A DNA stretch of 64,000 bases from Methanobacteriota archaeon (GTDB lineage: Archaea; Thermoplasmatota; Thermoplasmata; RBG-16-68-12), in contig VBMG01000046.1 in assembly GCA_005878485.1 (NCBI GenBank), positions 18 through 64,017 on the forward strand, written 5' to 3'. The notes beneath the pieces are model-generated. The model did not search any database. It was not told the DNA's origin and worked only from the letters and a program-made list of their open reading frames with translations. This document shows, piece after piece, positions 45,925-55,821 of this stretch. The position numbers and the translations under genes are program-made. How positions within the stretch are numbered: position 1 is the stretch's first letter; every line of letters begins with the position of its first letter.

Positions 45925-46872
45925 TCACGCGGCGAGCTCCGGTCGCGGGAGGAGGCCCGCGTCTTTCACGATCGCGGGCACGATTTCCTCCCACCCAATC
46001 GGCATGACGTGGACGCCGCGGACGCCTTCGATTTTCTTCAGGGCCTTGATCGTCCGGACCGCGATGCTGACGCCCTCCGACCGTGGATTCGGCGCCCGCT
46101 CCATCCGGTCCACGATCTGTTTTGGGACGACGACACCGAGTTTCTCGACCATGAACCGCGCCATCTTCGCAGACTTCAGCGGGATGACGCCCGCGAGGAT
46201 GAACACCTTGTCGTGGAGCCATTCCTTCCTGACGAGGCGCATCCACTCCTCGAATGCGTCGACGTCGAAGACGCCCTGCGTCTGGACGAAGTCGGCGCCG
46301 GCGGTGACCTTCCCGCGCAGCTTGCCGAACGATTCCTCCTTCGATCCGCGGAATGGGTCTGCGGCCGCGCCGATGAAGACCTTCGGCGCTTGGTCGACCT
46401 TCTCCCCGCCCCGCAGGACGCCGGTGTCGCGAAGCGCGCGGAAGGTCGAAATCATTTCCTCCGTGCTCAGGTCGTACACCCCTTTGGCGTCCTTCTCGTT
46501 GCCCGCGGTGGGCGGGTCTCCCCATAGGCAGAGCACGTTGCGAATCCCGAGGGCCGCGGCACCGAGGAGATCCGATTGGAGGCCGATGCGATTTCGGTCT
46601 CGGGAGACCATCTGCATGATCGGCTCGACGCCCTCTTGCAATGCAATCGTCGCGGCGGCCATCGAGGAGATCCGAACGAGGGCACGCTGGCCGTCGGTCA
46701 CGTTGCACGCATCCACCGTCCCGCGATACAGGGATGCATGTCTGCGGATCTCGGACGCGTCCACGGACGCAGGCGGCGCGATTTCCGCGGTCACCGCGAA
46801 CTCCCCGGAGGCGAGGATTCGTTCGAGATGGCTGCCCGCGCGGATCGCACGGCTCGCTACCTCCGCGGGCAT
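45925..46872 (-). CDS. metF: 5,10-methylenetetrahydrofolate reductase
   Basis: MTHFR TIM-barrel motifs (EFAVTAEIAPP, CLWGDPP, FIGAAADP, FVQTQGVFD). Confidence 0.85.
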   Translation of the reverse strand: MPAEVASRAIRAGSHLERILASGEFAVTAEIAPPASVDASEIRRHASLYRGTVDACNVTDGQRALVRISSMAAATIALQEGVEPIMQMVSRDRNRIGLQSDLLGAAALGIRNVLCLWGDPPTAGNEKDAKGVYDLSTEEMISTFRALRDTGVLRGGEKVDQAPKVFIGAAADPFRGSKEESFGKLRGKVTAGADFVQTQGVFDVDAFEEWMRLVRKEWLHDKVFILAGVIPLKSAKMARFMVEKLGVVVPKQIVDRMERAPNPRSEGVSIAVRTIKALKKIEGVRGVHVMPIGWEEIVPAIVKDAGLLPRPELAA

Positions 46873-46931
46873 CGCGCGCGGGAGTGCCGCGGGCGGTATC
46901 TAGCCTTCGGTCATTTGCATGAGGAAACCGT

Positions 46932-48083
46932 TTACCAACCGTACCGCTCGCACAGTTCGAGGGCGAGGATCATCCGATAGAATTCGCGCGCGTGAATTCC
47001 GAGCCACGGTTTACGGAGCAGCACGGACAAGATCATCCGCGGGTTGACGGAACGCCAATCCCGCCCGGCCAGTTCCGCGCCCACGGAATCCATCAAACGA
47101 TCACTCCATCGGCGAATCCGGTCGATCATCCAGAATAGGAGGGGGTCGAGGAACGGGGATGCTTTCATCGCCCGGTCGTACGCCATCATCGCCGTCGGAT
47201 CCTCCCGCTCCAACGCGGTCACGGCGACCTCACCGGCGATCCGCCCGCTGAAGATACCGGGATGAATCCCCGCCCCGTTCAGCGGGTTCGTGATGCCCCC
47301 TGCATCGCCGACAATGGCCAGGCCGGGCGCCGCCAGAGAGGTCAGGTCGTACCGCGCGGGGATCGAACCCGCAATGGTCTGTGTCTTTCGGTCCACGTCG
47401 ATTGCGAACTTGCGGCAAAACGCCACGGTCGCCGCGTGCGCGTCGATATGGCCTCCGGCCCCGACGTTCACGGAATCGCCTTTTGGGAAGATCCAGGCGT
47501 AGCCCCCGTTGTACACTTGGCCGATGTATAGGAGGAAGAACTCTGTTTCTAAGAGGGGGACGTCCTCGCGACGGAAACGATACTCGTACGCACCGATCCG
47601 TTCGAGGCTCCGAACAAGACCGGCCTGGCGCGCGACGAAACTTGCCGGCCCGTCCGCGCCGATCACGATGCGTGCGTCGATCGTCTCGCCCTTCGCCTCG
47701 ACCCGCCATCCTCCGTCGTGACGGGAAATCCCGGTGACCTTGGTGGACGTGTGGAGTTCGCCGCCATCATCGACGGCGCCATCGACGAGCCAGCGGTCGA
47801 ACGCCGCGCGGTCGAGCGCGTAGCCCGGGAGACGGGTGATGTAGAACCATTTTCCACTTGGCACGACGCACTTCGCGCCCGAGACGCGTTGCGCAATCCA
47901 TTCGTCCCGAGGCCGCAGTCCGTTCGACGTGAGTCCGAATTCGCTCACGCCTTCCGCGCACTGGACCGGCTCTCCGACGATCCGTTTCTTTTCGAGGACG
48001 ACGGTCCGGAAACCGGCTGCGGCGATTTGCCGCGCAGCCATGCCCCCGGAGGGTCCCGCGCCCACGACGACCGCGTCGTACAC
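46932..48083 (-). CDS. geranylgeranyl reductase family FAD-dependent oxidoreductase (archaeal lipid saturation)
   Basis: YDAVVVGAGPSGGMAARQIAAAGFRTVVLEK Rossmann motif plus GGR-family central motifs. Confidence 0.85.
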   Translation of the reverse strand: MYDAVVVGAGPSGGMAARQIAAAGFRTVVLEKKRIVGEPVQCAEGVSEFGLTSNGLRPRDEWIAQRVSGAKCVVPSGKWFYITRLPGYALDRAAFDRWLVDGAVDDGGELHTSTKVTGISRHDGGWRVEAKGETIDARIVIGADGPASFVARQAGLVRSLERIGAYEYRFRREDVPLLETEFFLLYIGQVYNGGYAWIFPKGDSVNVGAGGHIDAHAATVAFCRKFAIDVDRKTQTIAGSIPARYDLTSLAAPGLAIVGDAGGITNPLNGAGIHPGIFSGRIAGEVAVTALEREDPTAMMAYDRAMKASPFLDPLLFWMIDRIRRWSDRLMDSVGAELAGRDWRSVNPRMILSVLLRKPWLGIHAREFYRMILALELCERYGW

Positions 48084-48117
48084 TCGGTGCCGAGAGGAAG
48101 TCGCGGCTATATCGGCC

Positions 48118-48645
48118 TTACGCGGTCGCCTCGGCGGGGAACCGCGCCGCGAGCTCGTCGCCGTGGGCCGTCGGCCGGTAGACGTACGGAGGCACGCCCC
48201 GTCGGATTGCCGGGCCGCGCTGCTTCGTGACGAGCCGGACGGCGGTGAGGACCCGAAGGCTATTCACGGTCGTGTATTCGGACAGGCCGAGTTCCTCGCT
48301 GATCTCCGTCGCGCTCGCATCCGGATGGTCGCGGATGAACCGGAGGACCGTGAGCGTGTTCCGGTCCAACGCCTCCGCGGTCTGCTTCTCTTGCGGTCTC
48401 GGCTCGAGCGCCAGCCGCTCGTATACCCGCTTCCCCTGCTCCGACGGCGAGACGACGACGTTCAGCAATGCGGTCTTCTCGATTTCGAGGAGGTGCTTCG
48501 CAACCGCGGCTGGCGCGATCCCCATCACGGCCGCCAGCTCCGGGATCTTTGAGTCGCGGTTCCGGTAGACTTTGTTCTCTACGACGATCGCGAGGACCTC
48601 TCGCTGACGTTCCGTGAGGAGGCGAGACCAGTCGCTAGAGTGCAT
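48118..48645 (-). CDS. winged-helix transcriptional regulator (two wHTH domains)
   Basis: Only the C-terminal 176 aa (from MHSSDWSRLLTERQREVLAIV) look coding; the rest of the 319-aa ORF is Arg/Ser-rich. Divergent from folD. Confidence 0.65.
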   Translation of the reverse strand: MHSSDWSRLLTERQREVLAIVVENKVYRNRDSKIPELAAVMGIAPAAVAKHLLEIEKTALLNVVVSPSEQGKRVYERLALEPRPQEKQTAEALDRNTLTVLRFIRDHPDASATEISEELGLSEYTTVNSLRVLTAVRLVTKQRGPAIRRGVPPYVYRPTAHGDELAARFPAEATA

Positions 48646-48823
48646 CCGCGCAGCCAACGACGGAGCCCGTCTTAAGCGTTTTCGTGGAACGCCGCCGAAG
48701 GGTCTTTGTCTGACAACATCGGCGTACGATTCTGCGGTGCGCCGTGACGTGTCTGACGCCTCGGCGACCCGAGCGCTCAAGGCTTTTACGGCGAGGCCGT
48801 TTCTCGCTGCCGGTGGAATCCCG

Positions 48824-49723
48824 GTGGGCGAGCTGATCGATGGCAAGCGGATCGCCGACGATGTGCGCTCCGACCTGAAGCCGCGACTCGCACGTTTGTC
48901 CGCCGCCGGCGTCGTCCCGGGGCTGGCCGCGATCCTCGTCGGAGCGGACCCCGCATCGCAGCTGTACGTGAAGATGAAAGGCAAAGCATCCGAAGAAATG
49001 GGGATGGCCCATTGGACGACCGACTTTCCGGAGGACGTTCCGGAATCGCGACTCCTCCAAGAGATCGCCCGTCTCAACGAGGACCCGAAGGTCCACGGGA
49101 TTCTCGTCCAACAGCCGCTCCCCCATCAAATCTCCGTAGAGAAGGCGGTCTCGGCCGTGAGCCCGCGCAAGGACGTGGACTGCTTTCATCCGGAGAACGT
49201 CGGCCTCGTGCTGATCGGGCGTCCTCGGTTCGCGCCGGCAACGCCTTCCGGAGTCGTTGAGCTCCTCATGCGCAGCGGGAACGATCCGAGCGGTCAGGAT
49301 GTCGTGATCGTCGGCCGAAGCAACATCGTCGGGAAGCCGCTCGCGGCACTCCTGATGCAGAAAGCGCCAAAGGCGAACGCCACAGTGACGGTCGCTCACA
49401 GTGCGACGCGCGATCTCGCGGCCCACACGCGGCGCGCGGAAATACTCATCGCGGCGATGGGCTCGCCCCGAGTTATCAAGGCGGACATGGTGCGCCCGGG
49501 TGTCGTCGTGATCGATGTCGGCATCAATCGAGTTCCGGACCCGACGACAAAGAGTGGCTACCGGACCGTCGGCGACGTGGACTTCGATGGGGTCCAGGTC
49601 AAGGCGAAGGCGATTTCCCCGGTCCCGGGAGGGGTCGGCCCGATGACGATCGCGATGCTGTTGTCGAACACAGTGCTCGCGGCCGAACAGGCCTTGTCCG
49701 CAGGAGCCGAAGGTTCCGCGTAA
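48824..49723 (+). CDS. folD: bifunctional methylenetetrahydrofolate dehydrogenase/cyclohydrolase
   Basis: IDGKRIADDVRSDLK N-terminus, YVKMKGKA, GILVQQPLP, VVIVGRSNIVGKPLA motifs. GTG start chosen by family alignment. Confidence 0.85.
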   Translation: MGELIDGKRIADDVRSDLKPRLARLSAAGVVPGLAAILVGADPASQLYVKMKGKASEEMGMAHWTTDFPEDVPESRLLQEIARLNEDPKVHGILVQQPLPHQISVEKAVSAVSPRKDVDCFHPENVGLVLIGRPRFAPATPSGVVELLMRSGNDPSGQDVVIVGRSNIVGKPLAALLMQKAPKANATVTVAHSATRDLAAHTRRAEILIAAMGSPRVIKADMVRPGVVVIDVGINRVPDPTTKSGYRTVGDVDFDGVQVKAKAISPVPGGVGPMTIAMLLSNTVLAAEQALSAGAEGSA

Positions 49724-49771
49724 CGGATATTATCCCGGCGTGTCTTACCGTTCTCTCGGGAGGGTGGCCAC

Positions 49772-50116
49772 TTGATCACGGGCGTCCAAGATGTCTACTA
49801 TGAAGTGCAGGACATGAAGCGCGCGGTCGCGTTCTATCGGGATGTGCTGGGTTTGCGCGTGACGGAGGAGAGCGAAGACTGGAGCGCCTTCAACGTGGGC
49901 GGGCTCCGCGTGGGACTCGACTCGACAGAAGGCAAGCCGACGCCGAAGCGGGCGATCTTGACCCTGAAGACGAACGACATCCGGGCCGATGCGAAGCGCC
50001 TTCGGGACAAGGGCATTCGGTTCGCCAGCGAAATCGGCGACTACGCTTGGGGCAGCGTGGTGACCTTCGAGGACTCGGAAGGCAACTTCCTCAAGCTGAT
50101 GCAGCCGCCGAAGTAA
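49772..50116 (+). CDS. VOC (glyoxalase) family protein
   Basis: Single VOC module pair. TTG start with GGGAGGG SD 8 nt upstream. Confidence 0.75.
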   Translation: MITGVQDVYYEVQDMKRAVAFYRDVLGLRVTEESEDWSAFNVGGLRVGLDSTEGKPTPKRAILTLKTNDIRADAKRLRDKGIRFASEIGDYAWGSVVTFEDSEGNFLKLMQPPK

Positions 50117-50190
50117 GCGAGATGGGCGAGCCTCCGATCGGGAGTTCGCGAAACTAGAAATCCCGCGCCTCGCTTCCTCACACCCGTCCC

Positions 50191-51516
50191 ATGAACGTGC
50201 TGGTGGTCGGGGGAGGGGGCCGCGAGCATGCGATCGTGGAGGCGCTGCATCGCAACCACGCGGACATCTTTGCCGCGATGGCGAACCAGAATCCCGGGAT
50301 TCGACGGCGATCAAAGGATGTCCTCCTGGGCGACGTGACCGCGGTCGAGCGCATCGTCTCGTGGGCGAAGGAGCGTGCGGTCGATCTCGCGGTCATCGGC
50401 CCCGAGGCGCCGCTCGAGAAGGGGATCACGGATGCGCTGGAAGCCGCGGGGATCCCGACGGTCGGCCCGTCGCGCGAGGCGGCCCAACTCGAAACGAACA
50501 AGGAGTTCACGCGGGAGCTCATGCGACGCGAAGACATCCCCGGACGTCCGGAGTTTTGGGCGTTCGATGACCTCGGAGGGTTCGAAGAGTTCGTGAACGA
50601 CTCCGACTTCGAGTTCGTCATCAAGCCGCTCGGCCTGACGGGAGGGAAAGGCGTCCGAGTCTGGGGCGACCATTTCTCGACCAAGGCGGAAGCGCTCGCG
50701 TACGGTCGCGAAATCCTTGAGAAGAAAATCGGGGGCACATCGCGGTTCTTGGTCGAGGAGAAGCTCGTCGGTGAGGAGTTCTCCCTCCAAGCGTTTTGCG
50801 ACGGACGGACCCTCGTGCCGATGCCTCTCGCCCAAGACCACAAGCGCGCGTACGAAGGAGACAAAGGCCCGAACACAGGCGGTATGGGGTCGTACAGCAA
50901 CGCGGACCACCTGCTTCCCTTCCTGTCGAAGCAGGATTTCGATCAGGCCTTCGAGACGATGACGAGGACGATCCAGGCGATGGCTTCTCGGGGGACGCCG
51001 TTCAAAGGCATCCTGTACGGCGGCTTCATGGCGACGAACGACGGCCCGAAACTCCTCGAGTTCAACGTGCGATTCGCGGACCCGGAGTCGATGAACGTCC
51101 TGCCGATCTTCGAGGGCGATTTCCTCGATCTCTGCGGCCGCCTCGCGACAGGAAACCTGCCCGCCAGCGTGAAGTTCGCGCCCCAGGCGACCGTGTGCAA
51201 GTACGTCGTCCCCATGGGCTACGGCTCGCGCCCGAAGGCGGGGGAGCAGCTCAAGGTCGACGAAGAGAGCATCCGCCGCACCGGGGCGAAGCTCTTCTTT
51301 GCGAGCGTAGAGGGGAAGGGCGGGCATCTGTACACGACCACGTCTCGATCCCTCGCAGTCGTAGGAATCGCCGGGGACCTGGAGGAGGCCGAGTCGATCT
51401 CCGAGGAGGCTCTCGCGTTCGTCGCGGGGAGCTTCTACGCGCGACGCGACATCGGCAAGCCCGAAGTCGTCCAGCAAAAGGTCGAGCGGATGCAGAAGCT
51501 TCGACAAGGTCTCTGA
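50191..51516 (+). CDS. purD: phosphoribosylamine--glycine ligase
   Basis: MNVLVVGGGGREHAIVEAL, ATP-grasp fold. Confidence 0.9.
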   Translation: MNVLVVGGGGREHAIVEALHRNHADIFAAMANQNPGIRRRSKDVLLGDVTAVERIVSWAKERAVDLAVIGPEAPLEKGITDALEAAGIPTVGPSREAAQLETNKEFTRELMRREDIPGRPEFWAFDDLGGFEEFVNDSDFEFVIKPLGLTGGKGVRVWGDHFSTKAEALAYGREILEKKIGGTSRFLVEEKLVGEEFSLQAFCDGRTLVPMPLAQDHKRAYEGDKGPNTGGMGSYSNADHLLPFLSKQDFDQAFETMTRTIQAMASRGTPFKGILYGGFMATNDGPKLLEFNVRFADPESMNVLPIFEGDFLDLCGRLATGNLPASVKFAPQATVCKYVVPMGYGSRPKAGEQLKVDEESIRRTGAKLFFASVEGKGGHLYTTTSRSLAVVGIAGDLEEAESISEEALAFVAGSFYARRDIGKPEVVQQKVERMQKLRQGL

Positions 51517-51568
51517 TTCCGTCGGCACCGAAGCAAAGTTTATCGCCCGACTGTTGGGTCCTGTGCGC

Positions 51569-51931
51569 ATGGAGAAAGGCACGGTACGAATCGGGTCGAT
51601 CGTGATCGACGTCAACGACTTCGATCGGATGATGGCGTTCTGGCAGGCGGCCCTTCGATACGTCCCGAGCAGGCCGCCGACTCCCGGAAACCCGTTCGTC
51701 ATCCTGAAGGACCCGGCCGGAAAGAGGCCCAACGTCTCCGTCGACGGGATGCCGCCCGAACGGGGCCGATTGCATCTCGACCTTTACACGGACGACCAGG
51801 AGGGGGAAGTCAATCGGTTGCTTGGCCTCGGCGCGACCCGCTACCGGCCGCGAGAGCCGGACGAGGACTTCGTCGTCCTCGAGGACCCCGAGGGCAACCT
51901 CTTCTGCGTGGTCGATACGCAGGGCCATTGA
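51569..51931 (+). CDS. VOC (glyoxalase) family protein
   Basis: VRIGSIVIDVNDFDRMMAFWQAALRY...; third VOC gene in the window. Confidence 0.7.
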   Translation: MEKGTVRIGSIVIDVNDFDRMMAFWQAALRYVPSRPPTPGNPFVILKDPAGKRPNVSVDGMPPERGRLHLDLYTDDQEGEVNRLLGLGATRYRPREPDEDFVVLEDPEGNLFCVVDTQGH

Positions 51932-52122
51932 TCGGCCGACCGGCGAGGGGCGTCAGGTTCGACGTGCTCGAATCCGGGTTCTATCTTCGGGGAGGGGAGA
52001 GAAAACTCAATCTCTTCTTTGGCTCATGCCACGCGGTCACCCGACTTGTAACACCCATGTGGCGTCGACGACACCACTCGACTTGTGACGGAGCCTCTGC
52101 GGGCTAACCCTCAAATAACGAG

Positions 52123-52758
52123 ATGGGCCATCCGCGCGCCGTGAAGAATCTCGACGAGGTCATCTCGGAGATCGAGGCGCGGTTGGACGAGAAAGACGAG
52201 GTCCGGGAGCTCACGATTAAGTCCTCTCGAACGATCGCGCGGCTGAGCGGCAGCGCAATCCAAGGCATGCACCGGGGCTTGGATGTTGCCGCGCAGCTCC
52301 GCGAGATTCGCGAAGAGATCCTGAAGCTCCGGAGCCTCCTGAAAGACCACGTGGACCTCTATCACACGGGGATCGTCGAGAACGCGATGCAAGAGGCGGG
52401 AGAGGCATTCCTTGTCCAGGCGATGCTGGAGCACGAGTCACTCCCGGGTCCCAAGGACCTCGGCCTGACGGACACGGCGTATCTCCTGGGGCTCGGAGAT
52501 GTCGTGGGCGAGTTGCGGCGATTCGCACTGGAGCATTTGCGGCGCGGCAACGTGACGCTGGCCTCGGCCTTCCTGGAGAAGATGGAGCGGATCTTGGACG
52601 CGCTCATGCGGTTCGACTACCCGACCGCGTTGGTCGCGCTGAAGCGGAAGCAAGATGTCGCGCGGAGTTTGATCGAGAAGACCCGCGGCGAGGTCGCCGT
52701 CGCGGCGCGGAGCCAGGAACTCGCGGACAAGCTCGATGCGGTCCGCGGGAAGCTGTAG
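52123..52758 (+). CDS. translin family protein
   Basis: All-helical 211 aa with translin/TRAX core TDTAYLLGLGDVVGELRRFALEHLRRGN. Confidence 0.75.
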   Translation: MGHPRAVKNLDEVISEIEARLDEKDEVRELTIKSSRTIARLSGSAIQGMHRGLDVAAQLREIREEILKLRSLLKDHVDLYHTGIVENAMQEAGEAFLVQAMLEHESLPGPKDLGLTDTAYLLGLGDVVGELRRFALEHLRRGNVTLASAFLEKMERILDALMRFDYPTALVALKRKQDVARSLIEKTRGEVAVAARSQELADKLDAVRGKL

Positions 52759-52885
52759 GCAACTCGTTATCAGGCTCGATTTCGGGGTCGGAATTCATTT
52801 AAAAAGCCGCAGGCATCGAATCGTCCATTCGACCCAGCGAGGCCCCGCCCTCCCTCCTAGAGAGCGGGCTCGGGGGGACGTCACC

Positions 52886-53776
52886 ATGGCGGACATCCAG
52901 CGAGTGGCGAGCGGGATCCCTGGACTCGACGACCTGATCGAAGGCGGATTCTGGCCCAAGTCGACGGTCGTGATCTTGGGCTCGAGCGGGACGGGCAAGT
53001 CCACGTTCGCAATCCAGTTCCTGATGGAAGGGATCGAACAAGGTGAGCAGGCGCTGTACGTGACCCTCGAGGAACCGCCGGAACAGATCATGCGGGAGGC
53101 GGACTTGATGGGCTTCGACATGCGGAAGTACTACGAGAAGTCCCTGTTCTTCATCCACCTCAAGGGCCGCAATTTCAAGAAAATGATCGAGGAGCAGCTC
53201 CCGCAGCTCGTGAAGGCCCGCGCGGACTACAATATCGCGACGCGTGTCGTGATCGATCCGATGACGCCCGTGATCTGGGCCACTGCGGAGAAGTTGGAGC
53301 AGCGCGAGCTGATCGGCAAGCTGTTCTACACGCTCAAGGAACTCGGGGTCGTACTGTGTACGGTCGAAGAGCACGCGAAACCCGGCGAGACGATCGGCGA
53401 GGACGTCCTCCTGCCGATCTACTTGTCCGACGGGGCGATCCACCTCGAATATTATCCGATCGGCGGCGCGTTCAATCGGACCCTGAAGCTCCTCAAGATG
53501 CGGGGCGTCCATCACGGCGAAGGCGTGTATCCGTACTTGTTCGCGCGCGGCGTGGGTATCATCGTGCGCGCGAGCCCGACCGAGATCCCTGACGAACAGA
53601 CTCGAAGTCACGGGAAAGTGTTCGAAGACGCGGTCCGGACGGCAGAAGGGATGAAAGCCCCGCCGCGGGTCGTCGAGCGGATCCGACGGATGCAGAAGAG
53701 TTGGGATTACGACTATTCTCCGGAGGAAGCCCTCCAGATCCTGTTCAACTCGTACGGGCTGAAGCGGGGCGGCTAG
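52886..53776 (+). CDS. KaiC-like RecA-superfamily ATPase (third copy)
   Basis: GLDDLIEGGFWPKSTVVILGSSGTGKST (Walker A), LYVTLEEPP, VVIDPMTP. Start at MADIQR. Confidence 0.85.
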   Translation: MADIQRVASGIPGLDDLIEGGFWPKSTVVILGSSGTGKSTFAIQFLMEGIEQGEQALYVTLEEPPEQIMREADLMGFDMRKYYEKSLFFIHLKGRNFKKMIEEQLPQLVKARADYNIATRVVIDPMTPVIWATAEKLEQRELIGKLFYTLKELGVVLCTVEEHAKPGETIGEDVLLPIYLSDGAIHLEYYPIGGAFNRTLKLLKMRGVHHGEGVYPYLFARGVGIIVRASPTEIPDEQTRSHGKVFEDAVRTAEGMKAPPRVVERIRRMQKSWDYDYSPEEALQILFNSYGLKRGG

Positions 53777-54565
53777 ATGCCGTATGCCGGCCAAGTCGAC
53801 AAGACGATGGGCGCCGAAACGGTCGGCCATCTGAAGCTCCTCCTGGAGACGGAGTTGCGGCGGGCACGGGAGGAGAACCGCCTTGACATTGCGATGTTCT
53901 CCGGCGTCGACGGCCGCATCTTCTCATCGTCCATCCCGAACCAGCTCGATCCCCGCGAGTACCGCCTACTGAACCTCCTGAAGGGCAACCTGGCGCACAT
54001 CTGCAACCAGCTGAGCGGGCAGAACATGATGATGTCGGTCCAGCAGTTCGAGGCTGGCACAATCATCATTTCAGGCGTGGGGGACCGAGCGTTCCTCGTC
54101 TTCCTGACGACGAAGCCCGTCGAAATCACGAAGATGCAAGGGGTCCTCGCGAACGTCCTCAAGACGTCCATCGTCGTCCGCCATCTGTTCGAGTCCAAGC
54201 CGATCACCCCGGAGGTCCTCGCCTCATACGACGAGGCCGTCGCGGGGGAACTGAAGCGGCTCACCCGGATCTTGTTCGTCGAGAAGTTCGCCGAGACGAA
54301 GGAGTTCAAGAAGAACAAGGAGATCGCGCAGTACCTCCAGGCGAAGCTCGGTGCGCTCGTCGGACCCGGTCCCCTGCAGGAAATCGTCACGATGGCGTAC
54401 AACGAGGTCGGCACGACGGCCCCGTACATGACGGCGGCCCACTGGGAGCGGTTCGTGACGATCGTCGTCGACCGCCTGCGGGAACTCGAAGGGGACACTG
54501 TCGCCGCGAAGGCGGAGAAGGAATGGCGGGCGCGACTCAAGCAAGTCCTGAGCTCGTTCGTGTGA
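53777..54565 (+). CDS. Roadblock/LC7-like domain protein with ~130-aa helical C-terminal extension (hypothetical)
   Basis: N-terminal ~110 aa fit the Roadblock pattern (LDIAMFSGVDGRIFSS...AHICNQL...SVQQFEAGTIIISGVGDRAFLVFLT). Starts 1 nt after the kaiC-like stop. Confidence 0.5.
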   Translation: MPYAGQVDKTMGAETVGHLKLLLETELRRAREENRLDIAMFSGVDGRIFSSSIPNQLDPREYRLLNLLKGNLAHICNQLSGQNMMMSVQQFEAGTIIISGVGDRAFLVFLTTKPVEITKMQGVLANVLKTSIVVRHLFESKPITPEVLASYDEAVAGELKRLTRILFVEKFAETKEFKKNKEIAQYLQAKLGALVGPGPLQEIVTMAYNEVGTTAPYMTAAHWERFVTIVVDRLRELEGDTVAAKAEKEWRARLKQVLSSFV

Positions 54566-54587
54566 TGCACATGGCCGGAGGCTCCTC

Positions 54588-55208
54588 GTGATCGACGTTG
54601 CCCTCGCATCCCTAATCGAGGACATGATCGAGAAGGCGGGCGCCGATGGGGTCGTCGAGTTTTGGCAGCGCGTGGGGGACAACCTCGCGGGCCGGATGGG
54701 GAAGGAGGCGTACCTCGGGTGGACGTCCTTCAACGTGGCGGTGCGCGAAGCCCGCACGGCGTTCAGCATCGAGGGCGAGGTGACTCCGCTCACGGACATG
54801 GCGATCACGGACGTCGACGGCGACGTGGTCGGCTACCTGTACGCGATGCGACAGTGCTGCTACGTCCCCACGATCTTCCGGACTCGGTACGCGGTCGGCC
54901 GGATGAGTCCCGCGGACAAGACCGTGACGGACGAATACAACGAGAACGTCCACAACATCGCCGTGTGCAACTTCTGCGTCTTCCACGAGCGGTTCCGGGA
55001 AGAGATCGCGAAAAACATCACCGTCTCCGGGAACCCCCTCGCCTGCTTCTTGCTCGCGACCCGGGGCTGGAGCGGGGAGACGAAGATTTCTCCGAAGAAC
55101 GTCGCGCAGGTGAACATCAACGAGGACCATGTCCGGGCGCTCCTGCGGAACTACGAATGCGTGTACGCGCTCGTCCTCCGCGGGGCGCGCCTCAAGGGGG
55201 ACCGTTGA
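54588..55208 (+). CDS. uncharacterized protein, paralog A of a tandem pair (carries CxxC and distal Cys)
   Basis: GTG start with GGAGG SD. Shares NLAGRMGKEAYLGWTSF / NLAASMPKEEYATWPEF, VTPLTD / VRPVTD and C-terminal LLRN / LMRN blocks with the next gene. Confidence 0.55.
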   Translation: MIDVALASLIEDMIEKAGADGVVEFWQRVGDNLAGRMGKEAYLGWTSFNVAVREARTAFSIEGEVTPLTDMAITDVDGDVVGYLYAMRQCCYVPTIFRTRYAVGRMSPADKTVTDEYNENVHNIAVCNFCVFHERFREEIAKNITVSGNPLACFLLATRGWSGETKISPKNVAQVNINEDHVRALLRNYECVYALVLRGARLKGDR

Positions 55209-55209
55209 G

Positions 55210-55821
55210 ATGGCCTCGGATTCGCGATTCCCGGAGAGCAACCCGTTCGTCGAGATCGCGACCCATTTGTTCCTCGAGGACATCGCCACGAAGGTCGGCA
55301 TCGCCGGGCTGAACAACTACCTCGTGGCGCTCGCGAAGAACCTCGCCGCATCGATGCCAAAAGAAGAGTATGCCACGTGGCCCGAGTTCCTCTCTGCGCT
55401 CTCGACGGGCCAGTCGATCCTTTCGACCTTCGAGGAAGTGCGTCCGGTGACGGACCACTGCATGTCGACGTACCGATCCCCCTTCGAGCGCGGCTGGCGA
55501 GAGTACGCGAAGCGGGTCGGGGCGTTCTCCCCGGTCCACCGCGAGGTCGCCGAATACTACAACCACAAGGTCCGTCCGACGGCGGTCACCTCGATCCACG
55601 TGGTGCTGCACACGTTCCGGGAGGCCGCGGCGGCGCGCGTCAACGTGGGCAAGGACGGGGTCCGGTACGAGCCCGTCGCGTCCGCATGGGTCGACGGAAA
55701 CGTCCAGGTCCCGGAGGGGCCGAAGCTCGAATCCCTCCTGAAGCGCGCGGGAATCAGCCGGACGCGGCTCGGGATGCTGATGCGGAACCACTCCGACGTC
55801 TGGTTGCTCGAGCCGGCGTGA
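55210..55821 (+). CDS. uncharacterized protein, paralog B of the tandem pair (no cysteines at the paralogous positions)
   Basis: Starts 2 nt after paralog A; about 200 aa; collinear similarity with paralog A over the full length. Confidence 0.55.
   Translation: MASDSRFPESNPFVEIATHLFLEDIATKVGIAGLNNYLVALAKNLAASMPKEEYATWPEFLSALSTGQSILSTFEEVRPVTDHCMSTYRSPFERGWREYAKRVGAFSPVHREVAEYYNHKVRPTAVTSIHVVLHTFREAAAARVNVGKDGVRYEPVASAWVDGNVQVPEGPKLESLLKRAGISRTRLGMLMRNHSDVWLLEPA

Noticed and set aside
48614-48823. Upstream 70 codons of the folD ORF (MRRRDQSLECIRAAND...)
   Set aside because: It overlaps the divergent wHTH regulator gene and has no FolD homology. FolD families start about 5 residues before IDGK, so the GTG at 48824 is used.
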